From Lysobacterales bacterium (GTDB lineage Bacteria; Pseudomonadota; Gammaproteobacteria; Xanthomonadales; Xanthomonadaceae): a DNA stretch of 64,000 nucleotides. Both the position numbers and the translations under genes were made by a program. Positions 22,098 to 31,072 of the stretch are shown piece by piece. Numbering within the stretch: position 1 is the first letter of the stretch; each line of letters begins with the position of its first letter. The DNA lies in assembly GCA_038236425.1 (NCBI GenBank), contig JBBRZU010000001.1:6006-70005 (forward strand), written 5' to 3'. The notes below the pieces were generated by a model. The model did no database searches, was not told where the DNA came from, and saw nothing but the letters and a program-made list of their open reading frames with translations.

Positions 22098-23567
22098 ATG
22101 ACTCCCGATTTGCGCCGCACCAAGATCCTGGCCACTCTGGGCCCGGCCACCGACGCCCCCGGTGTACTCGACGAACTGGTGCGCGCCGGTGTCAACGTGG
22201 TGCGGCTCAATTTCTCCCATGGCACACCGGAGCAGCACGGTGCACGCGTCGCCGAGGTGCGCGCGGCGGCGCAGCGCGCCGGGCGCGAGGTCGGCATCCT
22301 GGCCGACCTGCAGGGCCCGAAGATCCGCATCGAGAAATTCGCCGCGGGCAAGGTCGCGCTCAAGGAAGGCGACCCCTTCACACTGGTCTGCCGTGCGGAT
22401 TCCCCACCGGGCGATGCACGCTCGGTCGGCGTGAGCTACCTCGGCCTGGTCGGCGATGTGCACGCGGGCGATGTCCTGCTGCTCGACGATGGACTGGTTT
22501 CACTCCGGGTGACAGAAGTGGCTGGCGACCTGGTGCACACGACGGTGATGACCGACGGTTCACTGTCGGATCGCAAGGGGCTGAACCGCCTGGGTGGCGG
22601 ACTGTCACTGGGCGCGCTCACCGAGCAGGACCAGGCGCATATCAAGATCGCCGCCAAGCTCGGCGTGGATTTCATCGCGGTGTCGTTCTGCCGGTCGGCA
22701 GCCGACATGGATGAGGCGCGCGCGCTCGCCGTCGCCGCCGGCAGCGATGCAGCGATGGTCGCGAAGATCGAACGCGCCGAGGCAATCGAGAACCTGGATG
22801 CGATCACCATCGCTTCGGACGTGGTGATGGTCGCCCGTGGCGACCTGGGCGTGGAGATCGGCGACGCCGAGCTGCCAGGTTTGCAGAAGAAGATCATCCG
22901 CACCGCCCTTGAGCGCAACCGGATCGTGATCACCGCGACGCAGATGTTGCAGTCCATGGTGGATAACCCGATCCCGACCCGGGCCGAAGTGCTTGACGTT
23001 GCCAACGCGGTCATTGATGGTACCGACGCGGTGATGCTGTCGGCTGAAACCGCATCCGGCAGCTACCCGGTCAAGGCGGTCGAGGCGATGGTGCGCATCT
23101 GCCTGGGCGCCGAACGCCAGTTCGACCACGAAACCGATTTCGAGGCGGCGCCGCGTGAATTGCAGCGCGCCGACCAGGCGATCGCCATGGCCGGCATGTT
23201 CCTGGCCGAGCACACCAAAGTGCGGGCCATGCTCGCGCTGACCGAGTCCGGCGGCACCGCGCGCTTCCTGTCGCGTTTCCGATCCTCGGTACCCATCTTC
23301 GGCTTGTCGCGCCACGATGGTGCCCGTCGCAAGATGGCGATGATGCGCGATGTGTTCCCGGTCGCCTTCGACAGCCGTGGCTTGCCCACCCGCGAGGCGG
23401 CGCGGGGTGCGATTGCCAAGCTGTTCGAGCTGGGATTGCTGTCCGAGAGCGACCGCGTGCTGATCACCAGCGGCGACCACATGGAAACCCACGGCAGCAC
23501 CAATACCTTGCGCCTGCTGCGCGTTGGTGCCCAGGGCCGTGCCGAGGGGCTTGGCGAGTTGCTCTGA
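22098..23567 (+). CDS. pyk: Pyruvate kinase
   Basis: RRTKILATLGPA, RLNFSHG, DLQGPKIR, MVARGDLGVE, DAVMLSAET. Confidence 0.98.
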   Translation: MTPDLRRTKILATLGPATDAPGVLDELVRAGVNVVRLNFSHGTPEQHGARVAEVRAAAQRAGREVGILADLQGPKIRIEKFAAGKVALKEGDPFTLVCRADSPPGDARSVGVSYLGLVGDVHAGDVLLLDDGLVSLRVTEVAGDLVHTTVMTDGSLSDRKGLNRLGGGLSLGALTEQDQAHIKIAAKLGVDFIAVSFCRSAADMDEARALAVAAGSDAAMVAKIERAEAIENLDAITIASDVVMVARGDLGVEIGDAELPGLQKKIIRTALERNRIVITATQMLQSMVDNPIPTRAEVLDVANAVIDGTDAVMLSAETASGSYPVKAVEAMVRICLGAERQFDHETDFEAAPRELQRADQAIAMAGMFLAEHTKVRAMLALTESGGTARFLSRFRSSVPIFGLSRHDGARRKMAMMRDVFPVAFDSRGLPTREAARGAIAKLFELGLLSESDRVLITSGDHMETHGSTNTLRLLRVGAQGRAEGLGELL

Positions 23568-23645
23568 AGCCCGCGCCCATGCGGGCAAGAAGTCTTGCCT
23601 TGTGCTAGAAAAGGGCGCGCACTACCTTCAGAAGGGAACGACGTC

Positions 23646-24266
23646 ATGAACAGCACCATCAGTCGCATCCTGTTCGCATTGCCATTGCTTGCCCTGGCCA
23701 TTGCCGTACAGGCGAAGGAACCGCCCAAGGCGAAGAGCGACCAGCCGGCGATCGTGAGCGAATCCGACGCCGTCAACTACTGGCAACCCGCAGCCCCGAG
23801 GTCCGAACCGGCGCTGCCGACGCCGGCGCCTGATCAGTCGGAAGACGTCTGCGTCAGCCTGGGCTATGTGGTCCAGCCGGACGGAACCACATCCGACTTC
23901 GCCTTGCTGCGCAGTTGGAGCAGCAAGCATGCCAAGGGCCTCCCGGATTCAGCCGACTATTCGATCTACTCCAGGACTGCCGTCGCCGCGAGCATGCAGC
24001 GCAAATTCACCGTCGCGCCGTCCATGGGCAACAAGCCGGTCTCGATATTCACCGCAACCACATTCGCATTTCCGGCGCAGGCCGGTGGCGACCGGGAATC
24101 GATGCGCGCGCACTGTGCGATCAAGAACCTCCCCGATTTCGTCCGTCGCGCGCAGGAAGACTCCTATCGGCGCCGTGGCGACCTGAACAAGGCAAGCATC
24201 GATCGCCGTCCGGCGACGGATGCGATCCGCGCCGTAGTACCCAATACCGGCAGCGGTCGACGCTGA
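23646..24266 (+). CDS. Secreted hypothetical protein, possibly TonB-C-like fold (paralog 1)
   Basis: Signal peptide; EDVCVSLGYVVQPDGTTSDF; highly similar to the next ORF. Confidence 0.7.
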   Translation: MNSTISRILFALPLLALAIAVQAKEPPKAKSDQPAIVSESDAVNYWQPAAPRSEPALPTPAPDQSEDVCVSLGYVVQPDGTTSDFALLRSWSSKHAKGLPDSADYSIYSRTAVAASMQRKFTVAPSMGNKPVSIFTATTFAFPAQAGGDRESMRAHCAIKNLPDFVRRAQEDSYRRRGDLNKASIDRRPATDAIRAVVPNTGSGRR

Positions 24267-24344
24267 TTGCATTATGACTTCCGGCCTGCGCAAGCCGGCG
24301 TAGGTGCGTGCTACAAAGCACGCACCACGCATGAGGCTTGTCCG

Positions 24345-24932
24345 ATGAACAAGATTGCGCCCCGACTTCTTCCCGCTTTGCTGGTCCTTGCCCTGGCCTC
24401 GGTCGCACAGGCAAAGGTCCCCGTCAGGGACCAGACCGACCGGCCCGCCACCGTCAGCGAATCCGAAGCGGCCACCTACTGGCAGCCCAAGTCACCGATG
24501 ACCGAGCCGGCACTGCCGGTCTCCGCACCCGACGCGTCCGAAGACGTCTGCGTGAGCCTGGGCTACATGGTCAAGGCGGACGGCACCACCTCCGACTACG
24601 CCCTGTTGCGCAGCTGGGGCAGCAAGCATCCGCGCGGCATCCCGGACTCTGCCGCCTATTCGGTCTATTCCCGCACCGCCGTTGCCGCGACCATGCAGCA
24701 CAGCTTCACGGCCGCGCCGTCGATGGCAGCCAAGCCGGTGTCGATCTTCACCGCCACCACGTTCGCCTTCCCGGCCGCCGGTGGTGACCGGGCGGCGGTG
24801 CGTGCGCGCTGCGCGATCGCCAATCTGCCCGATTTCGTCCGTCGCGCCCAGGAGGATTCCTACCGCCGCCGCGGTGACCTCAACAAGGGCCGGGTGGATC
24901 GCGCCCAGGTGATGCGCGGAACCGGCATCTAA
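24345..24932 (+). CDS. Secreted hypothetical protein, possibly TonB-C-like fold (paralog 2)
   Basis: Signal peptide; EDVCVSLGYMVKADGTTSDY; shares NLPDFVRRAQEDSYRRRGDLNK with paralog 1. Confidence 0.7.
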   Translation: MNKIAPRLLPALLVLALASVAQAKVPVRDQTDRPATVSESEAATYWQPKSPMTEPALPVSAPDASEDVCVSLGYMVKADGTTSDYALLRSWGSKHPRGIPDSAAYSVYSRTAVAATMQHSFTAAPSMAAKPVSIFTATTFAFPAAGGDRAAVRARCAIANLPDFVRRAQEDSYRRRGDLNKGRVDRAQVMRGTGI

Positions 24933-24995
24933 GGGCGCGGGTGGCCCCGGCTGGCTGCGTATAATGGCGGTTTCCCCCATGCCTGGAGCCGCCAC

Positions 24996-26006
24996 ATGAG
25001 CATCGACCTTCTTGCCGAAACTGCCCAGGCGATGGTTGCGCCCGGCCGCGGCATCATCGCGATCGACGAGTCCAACGCGACCATCAAGAAGCGCTTCGAC
25101 GGTGTCGGCATCGAGTGCACCGAGGAAAACCGGCGCGCCTATCGCGAGATGTTGCTGACCACGCCGAACCTGTCGGACTACATTTCCGGCGCGATCCTGT
25201 ACGACGAAACCCTGCGCCAGGCCACCCGCGAAGGCATTCCCTTCGCGCGCGTGATGGCCGACGCCGGCATCCTGCCGGGCATCAAGGTGGACAAGGGACC
25301 GGTGGCGCTGGCCGGCTTCCCGGGCGAAGTGGTGACCGAGGGCCTCGACGGCCTGCGCGATCGCCTGCGCGAATATGCGCTGCTGGGCGCGCGCTTCGCC
25401 AAGTGGCGCGCAGTGATCCATATCGGTGACGACATTCCCTCCGGCACCTGCATCGAAGCCAACAGCCATGCGCTGGCACGCTATGCAGCGCTGTGCCAGG
25501 AAGCGGGCATCGTGCCGATGGTCGAGCCCGAGGTGCTGATGGATGGCGACCACGACATCGACGTGGCCTATGAAGTGACCGAAGTGGTGCTGCGCTCGCT
25601 GTTCTCCGCACTGTACGACCAGAACGTCATGCTCGAGGGCACCATCCTCAAGGCCAGCATGGTGGTCTCGGGCAGGGATTGCCCCGAGCAGGCCAGCGTG
25701 GACGAAGTGGCCGAGATGACACTGCGCTGCCTGCGCAGCACCGTGCCGGCGTCGCTGCCGGGCATCGTCTTCCTGTCGGGCGGCCAGTCCGACCACGACG
25801 CCACCGCCCACCTCAATGCCATGAACCAGTACGGCGCGCTGCCGTGGCCGCTGAGCTTCAGCTATGGCCGGGCGATGCAGTCGGCCGCGCTCAAGCTGTG
25901 GTCGAAGGACCTGACCGGCAACATCGCCGTGGCCCAGCAGACCGTGTTTGCCCGCGCCCGTGACAACGGCCAGGCCGCACTTGGCCAGTGGGATTCGGCC
26001 GCCTGA
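24996..26006 (+). CDS. Fructose-bisphosphate aldolase class I
   Basis: GIIAIDES, GIKVDKG, FAKWRAVI, VEPEV, FLSGGQS, FSYGRA; TATAAT at 24960 upstream. Confidence 0.96.
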   Translation: MSIDLLAETAQAMVAPGRGIIAIDESNATIKKRFDGVGIECTEENRRAYREMLLTTPNLSDYISGAILYDETLRQATREGIPFARVMADAGILPGIKVDKGPVALAGFPGEVVTEGLDGLRDRLREYALLGARFAKWRAVIHIGDDIPSGTCIEANSHALARYAALCQEAGIVPMVEPEVLMDGDHDIDVAYEVTEVVLRSLFSALYDQNVMLEGTILKASMVVSGRDCPEQASVDEVAEMTLRCLRSTVPASLPGIVFLSGGQSDHDATAHLNAMNQYGALPWPLSFSYGRAMQSAALKLWSKDLTGNIAVAQQTVFARARDNGQAALGQWDSAA

Positions 26007-26050
26007 CACGACCCGCCACGTTGGGCCATACGGCCCGCCACTGCAGCCCG

Positions 26051-26074
26051 AAACCCCGGCCCATGCCGGGGTTT
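26051..26074. terminator. Intrinsic terminator hairpin after the aldolase gene
   Basis: AAACCCCGGC-CCAT-GCCGGGGTTT perfect stem. Confidence 0.8.
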
Positions 26075-26241
26075 ATCGTTGCGCCGACGCACTGGCTGAT
26101 GATGGCGCGATTCAACGACTCGGTGGAGTCGCGCACGCGGGCGTTGATCAAGCTCGACGCCGAGCTTGCATCGGTGGACCGTTCGCACGGCGGCTGAGTG
26201 GCTGGACTACACTCGCCGCTGAGCCTCGAGATGATCCGCGC

Positions 26242-27198
26242 ATGACCGATCGTGACCCACCTTCCGATTCGCCCTACCGCGGCCCACCCAAGCAGCGCAT
26301 GGACAAGCGCGCCCGTGAGCGCGCCGCCGCTGCGCAGGGCAGGCCTGCCACCAGGCCCGGCACCCGCGAAGATTCACCACCGCCGCGCCACGCCACGCGC
26401 AGCGAATCGGCACCGCGACACGGCACGCGCAGCGAATCGGCACCGCGCGCAGAGCCAGCCGAGCAGGGCCCACCGGAAGAGCAGCGCTACTACGGCGTCA
26501 ACGCCTGCCTGGCGTTGTTCCGGCATCGGCCCGAAGCGCTGCGCAAATTGTGGCTGCTCGAATCGCGCATCCCGGTGCTGAAGCAAGTGTTGGCCTGGTG
26601 TGCCGCGCAGCGTCTCGGCTACACCATCGTCGAGTCCGGTGACCTGGAGCGGCTCAGCGGCAGCCAGCACCACGAAGGCGTCGTGTTTGGCGCGATGCCA
26701 CCGGAAGAACAGACATTGTCGGACTGGTTGCGTGCGCTTGCCCCGGGGCCGCAGCTTGCGCTGTGGCTCGATGGCGTCGGCAATCCGCATAACCTTGGGG
26801 CCATGCTCCGTAGTGCTGCGCACTTTGGCAGCGCCGGCCTGCTGATGCCGAAGTTCTCCACGCTCACACTCTCCGGCGCCGCTGCACGCGTCGCAGAAGG
26901 TGGCGCCGAGGCGGTACCGCTGGTGCGACTCGGCCGCACCGACAACGCCCTGGCGCAATTGCAGTCCGCCGGCTTCGTGCTCGCAGCGACCGTCGTGCGC
27001 GGCGGCGAACCCCTGCATGGCGCACGCCTGCCGTCGCGCCTGGTGCTGGTGATGGGCGCCGAGCAAACCGGCGTGGACCCGGCGCTCGCGCAAGCAAGCC
27101 GGCTGCGCCTGTCGATTCCTGGCACCGGCGCGGTAGACAGCCTCAACGTCGCTGCGGCTACCGCGGTGCTGCTATCCGAGTGGCGCCGCCAGCACTGA
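26242..27198 (+). CDS. TrmH/SpoU family RNA methyltransferase
   Basis: HHEGV, LDGVGNPHNLGAMLRSAAHFG, VMGAEQTG, SLNVAAA; N-terminal 30-bp duplication (HATRSESAPR/HGTRSESAPR). Confidence 0.9.
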   Translation: MTDRDPPSDSPYRGPPKQRMDKRARERAAAAQGRPATRPGTREDSPPPRHATRSESAPRHGTRSESAPRAEPAEQGPPEEQRYYGVNACLALFRHRPEALRKLWLLESRIPVLKQVLAWCAAQRLGYTIVESGDLERLSGSQHHEGVVFGAMPPEEQTLSDWLRALAPGPQLALWLDGVGNPHNLGAMLRSAAHFGSAGLLMPKFSTLTLSGAAARVAEGGAEAVPLVRLGRTDNALAQLQSAGFVLAATVVRGGEPLHGARLPSRLVLVMGAEQTGVDPALAQASRLRLSIPGTGAVDSLNVAAATAVLLSEWRRQH

Positions 27199-27246
27199 CA
27201 CGCGTCGCTCCGTAGCGCGACTCGCTCCGTACGAGCCGCCGGGCAA

Positions 27247-27700
27247 GTCGCTTCGTACGAACTGGCGCGCGCCGCGCTTCGCACCACTACCCCGCTTCGC
27301 CACTCCGGGCTGCCCCGCCGCACGTCATCGCCGCGCTTCGTCGGACCGCGGCAACGTGCACTGCGGTGCACTGCGGTGCACTGCGGTGCACTGCGGTGCA
27401 CTGCTGTCGCTGTTGCGTTGCTTTGCTCTTGCTTTTGCAGCGACGAGCGACGGGCGTGCGGCCTGACGCGTGACGCTTCGAAGCCCCGGCTATGCGGAAG
27501 TTGGCCGAAGCGTTGCGCCCGAACGAGGTCGCGCGAGTGCGTGGGGGGTCCTGCCAAAGGCCATGGATGGCCGACGAGCCCACTGGAACATGGACGTTCG
27601 AGTGGGCGGGCAGGACCCCCCACGCAATCGCGCGCGCGCCAGTTCATACGTAGCGACGGAGGGGTGCCGTGATCGCGGCGCGCGCCAGTTCGTACGTAGC
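27247..27700. repeat. Structured intergenic element (MITE/REP-like) with inverted termini, internal branched hairpin and 10-bp tandem repeat
   Basis: Perfect 23-bp IR 27254-27276 / 27674-27696, extra copy 27632-27657; perfect 18-bp IR 27538-27555 / 27609-27626; (GTGCACTGCG)x~5 at 27356-27404. Confidence 0.8.
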
Positions 27701-27710
27701 GGCCGACGAA

Positions 27711-29126
27711 CTATTCGGCGCCAGGTGACGACGAGCGCCCGAAGTCCACCGGCGATTGCGCCGCAGCGTATGCCATCGCAGCGTAAGCAGCGGCCTGCTG
27801 GTCGAGCGCTTTCGGCTCGATCTTGTCGAGCGTGTCGTTGGCGGTGTGGTGATAGTCGAAGTAGTTGGTGCCGTCCTGCGCCAGTTGCGCCCAGGGCATT
27901 CCGAGGGTGGCGAATGGGCCGATATCGGGACCGGCACCGCCTATTCCAAGTTCGTAGGCAATACCGAGTGGTTCCAGGATGGTTGCGATCTGGTCGATGA
28001 CCGGGCGCGCTTCGGGCGACGCGTTGGCGCTGAAGCGATAGATGCGGCCGCCGCCGAAATCGCTTTCGGCACCGAGCTGTTGTGCATCGAGCTCGACCTT
28101 GTGCGTTTCCGCGTAGGCGCGGCCGCCGTACAGGCCCTGCTCTTCGTTGGCGAAGGCGATCACGCGGATGGTGCGCATCGGACGCTTGTCGAGCTTGCCG
28201 ATCATTGCACCCGCGGCCATGGTGATCGCTACGCCAGCGCCGTCATCGATTGCGCCGGTGCCGAGGTCCCAGGAATCCAGGTGGCCGCCGATCACGACGA
28301 CTTCATTGGCCAGCTTGCCGCGGCCGCGGATTTCGCCGATGACGTTGTAGGCCTGCACGGTCTTGCCGGTCCACTCGGCATCGATGTCCAGGCGCACGCG
28401 CACCGGCTTGCCGCGGCGGATCATGTTCGACAGCAGGTCGGCGTCGGAATTGGACAGTGCCGCTGCCGGGATCTTCGTCACGCCATCGGTGTAGCGCGTG
28501 CCGCCGGTGTGCGGCATGCGGTCGTGGTCGGTGCCGATCGAACGGATCAGCAGTGCGATGGCGCCTCGCTTGGCGGCCTCGCCGGCGCCACTGCGCGCGG
28601 CCACGGCGGGTCCGTATCCGTGGCCGTCCTTGAAGCGCTCCATGCGATTGGAGATGTAGGCGAACTTGCCGTCCAGCGAATGCTCCGGCGCTGCCTTGAG
28701 CGCATCGAGCGTGGCGAACTCCACAACTTCGGCGTCAATCGGCTTGCCACCGGTGCCGACGCTGCCACCGAGCGCCGTCATCACCAGGCGCTGCGGGAAG
28801 GGCGACAGCACTTCAGCCGACTCGTGGCGGCGCACCCATTGCGGGAAGCTCACCGGTTCGCGATAGACGCGGTCATAGCCCAGCGACTTGAAGCGCGCCT
28901 GGGCCCAGTCGATCGCGTGGTCGAATGCCTCCGATCCCGCCAGCCGCGGTCCGATCTCGGTGGTCAGGCCTTCGACGATAGCGTAGGCGCCGGTATCGGT
29001 GTCCGCAGCGGCGGCGAGCTTGCGCGCATTGGCCAGGCTGTGCGGATCAAGGCCGGCGGCGGCCTGTGCAGTCGCAGTGCCAAGGCAGCAAGCCAGGACG
29101 AGCGAGAGAGTGCGAAGCTTCGGCAT
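27711..29126 (-). CDS. M28 family aminopeptidase/carboxypeptidase Q-like, secreted
   Basis: IGPRLAGS, GGHLDSWDLGTGAIDDGAG, NEEQGL, ESD, YHHTANDT. Confidence 0.9.
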   Translation of the reverse strand: MPKLRTLSLVLACCLGTATAQAAAGLDPHSLANARKLAAAADTDTGAYAIVEGLTTEIGPRLAGSEAFDHAIDWAQARFKSLGYDRVYREPVSFPQWVRRHESAEVLSPFPQRLVMTALGGSVGTGGKPIDAEVVEFATLDALKAAPEHSLDGKFAYISNRMERFKDGHGYGPAVAARSGAGEAAKRGAIALLIRSIGTDHDRMPHTGGTRYTDGVTKIPAAALSNSDADLLSNMIRRGKPVRVRLDIDAEWTGKTVQAYNVIGEIRGRGKLANEVVVIGGHLDSWDLGTGAIDDGAGVAITMAAGAMIGKLDKRPMRTIRVIAFANEEQGLYGGRAYAETHKVELDAQQLGAESDFGGGRIYRFSANASPEARPVIDQIATILEPLGIAYELGIGGAGPDIGPFATLGMPWAQLAQDGTNYFDYHHTANDTLDKIEPKALDQQAAAYAAMAYAAAQSPVDFGRSSSPGAE

Positions 29127-29197
29127 GCGGTTCTCCGGGGCGGTAATGCAACAGGCGCCGGAAACTGCGGCGCCTGTCGTTGAACGGTGGGCAAATT

Positions 29198-29617
29198 CTA
29201 GCGCGATCGCAGTGCGTCGCGGATTTCGGTCAGCAGGACGATGTCCGCGGCTGGCGCGGCGGGCGCTTCCGGGGCGGCTTCTTCCTTGTGGTGCATGCGA
29301 TTGATGGCCTTGACGGCAACGAAGATCGCGAAGGCGATCAGCAGGAAATCGACGATGCTCTGGATGAAGGCACCGTAGCGCAGCAGTACCGCGGCCGCAG
29401 TTTCCTTGCCATCCGGCCCCACCACTGCAGGTGTGAGCTCGAGCGCAAGTTTGCTGAAATTGACGCCGCCAAGCAGCTTGCCGACGATCGGCATGACCAC
29501 GTCATTGACCAGCGATGTGACGATCTTGCCGAAGGCGCCGCCGATGACCACGCCGACCGCAAGGTCGATGACGTTGCCGCGCATCGCGAATTCCTTGAAC
29601 TCTGACATCATCCCCAT
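29198..29617 (-). CDS. mscL: Large-conductance mechanosensitive channel
   Basis: EFKEFAMRGNVIDLAVGVVIGGAFGKIV...LLTEIRDAL. Confidence 0.97.
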   Translation of the reverse strand: MGMMSEFKEFAMRGNVIDLAVGVVIGGAFGKIVTSLVNDVVMPIVGKLLGGVNFSKLALELTPAVVGPDGKETAAAVLLRYGAFIQSIVDFLLIAFAIFVAVKAINRMHHKEEAAPEAPAAPAADIVLLTEIRDALRSR

Positions 29618-29672
29618 CGCATTGCTCCGCTGCTGGTGGTGAAAGTGCTGGTGGTGAAAGTGCTGGCGGATC

Positions 29673-30365
29673 CTATTGCAGGATCTGCCCGGAAAATTCA
29701 GTGATGCCATCGACGCCGGCGCGGAACCGGTCGCCGCGCGACAGCGCTGCGACGCCCGCGGGCGTGCCCATGAACACCAGGTCACCCGCCCGCAGTGCAA
29801 ACAGCGCCGACAGTTCGTGGATGATCTCGGCGACGCCGAACACCATCTCCGACAGCGGTGCCTGTTGCCGCAGCCCGCCGTTGACCTCGAGCCAGAGCCT
29901 GCCGGCAGGCTCGCGTCCAGTGCGGGCAACCGGCACGATCGGCGCGAGCGGCGCCGAGGCATCGAAACCCTTGGAGGTATCCCAGGGCAAGCGCTTGTCC
30001 TTCGCGCGCGCCTGCAAGTCGCGGCGGGTCAGGTCGAGCCCCACGCTGTATCCGAACACCAGGTCGAGTGCATCGGCAACGGGAACCACGCCATCGGCGT
30101 CGCGCCCGAGCGCGACAACCAGCTCGACTTCGTGGTGCAGGTCGGCGGTTGCGGTGGGATAGGGCACGTTGCCGTCGATCACCACGGCATCGGCGGGCTT
30201 CATGAAGAAGACGGGCGTGCCGCGATCGACTTCGGCGCCCATCTCGCGCGCATGTTCGGCAAAGTTGCGGCCGACGCAATAAATCCTGTGCACCGGAAAC
30301 AGCGCAGCGCTCCCGTCGATCGGGACGCTGGCAACGGGGATGGTCGAGAACGCGAACTCGGGCAT
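29673..30365 (-). CDS. Fumarylacetoacetate hydrolase family protein
   Basis: RIYCVGRNFAEH, FFMKP, LHHEVEL, DLTRRDLQ, GDLVFMGTPAGV. Confidence 0.93.
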   Translation of the reverse strand: MPEFAFSTIPVASVPIDGSAALFPVHRIYCVGRNFAEHAREMGAEVDRGTPVFFMKPADAVVIDGNVPYPTATADLHHEVELVVALGRDADGVVPVADALDLVFGYSVGLDLTRRDLQARAKDKRLPWDTSKGFDASAPLAPIVPVARTGREPAGRLWLEVNGGLRQQAPLSEMVFGVAEIIHELSALFALRAGDLVFMGTPAGVAALSRGDRFRAGVDGITEFSGQILQ

Positions 30366-30402
30366 GGAATGCTCGGCGGCAAAACCCGAGTCTAACGCGG
30401 GA

Positions 30403-30675
30403 TCAATGCACGCCGAGCTGGGTTCGCGGCTTCTGGATCACTGCATATTCGCCATCGATCACACGCTCGCCCGTGGCAACATGCGCGATCGGTGCAGGCG
30501 CGCTGAGCATGCGGCGCGCGGCGGCAAACAGGAGCATCCCCAGGCCGACGAACAGGCCGACAACCACCAGCCCGGCCAACAGGACCAGGCCGAGCAGGCC
30601 GATCAGCACGCGCAGCAGCGGGTGGCGCGGCTTGCTGGGCGCATAGTGGAAGATGCGGTGGACGAACAGGGGCAT
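30403..30675 (-). CDS. Small membrane hypothetical protein
   Basis: Hydrophobic segment, C-terminal VIDGEYAVI; fills the gap between flanking genes. Confidence 0.7.
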   Translation of the reverse strand: MPLFVHRIFHYAPSKPRHPLLRVLIGLLGLVLLAGLVVVGLFVGLGMLLFAAARRMLSAPAPIAHVATGERVIDGEYAVIQKPRTQLGVH

Positions 30676-30715
30676 GGGGGTCGTGCCAAACTTGCCGGGG
30701 AAACGGAGTATGGCC

Positions 30716-31072
30716 ATGGCCCCGGACGAAAGTGTCAACGCTTCGTTAATCCGGCGTTCCGACTTGCCAAATGGCGAGATCGTCGGGAAAGAAGTGGATA
30801 TTGGTGGCGAACGTGACGCGATCATCATCCATCGTGACGGTGACCGGGTTTCCGCCTGGCGCAATGTCTGCCCCCATCAGGGGCGCCGCCTGGACTATGC
30901 ACCGGGCAAGTTCCTGATTGACCGGGGGAATCTGGTCTGCGCCGCGCACGGCGCCAGTTTCCGGTTGAGCGACGGCCGCTGCGTGGCGGGACCCTGCATC
31001 GGTGAGCGCCTGCGTGCGCTGGTCGTGCAGGACCTTGGCGACGGGCAGATCGTGGTTTCCGAGCCGCCCTAG
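30716..31072 (+). CDS. Rieske [2Fe-2S] ferredoxin
   Basis: CPHQG...CAAHG Rieske ligands. Confidence 0.9.
   Translation: MAPDESVNASLIRRSDLPNGEIVGKEVDIGGERDAIIIHRDGDRVSAWRNVCPHQGRRLDYAPGKFLIDRGNLVCAAHGASFRLSDGRCVAGPCIGERLRALVVQDLGDGQIVVSEPP

Noticed and set aside
26075-26200. Small ORF after the aldolase terminator
   Set aside because: No RBS or recognisable motif, and it overlaps the terminator.
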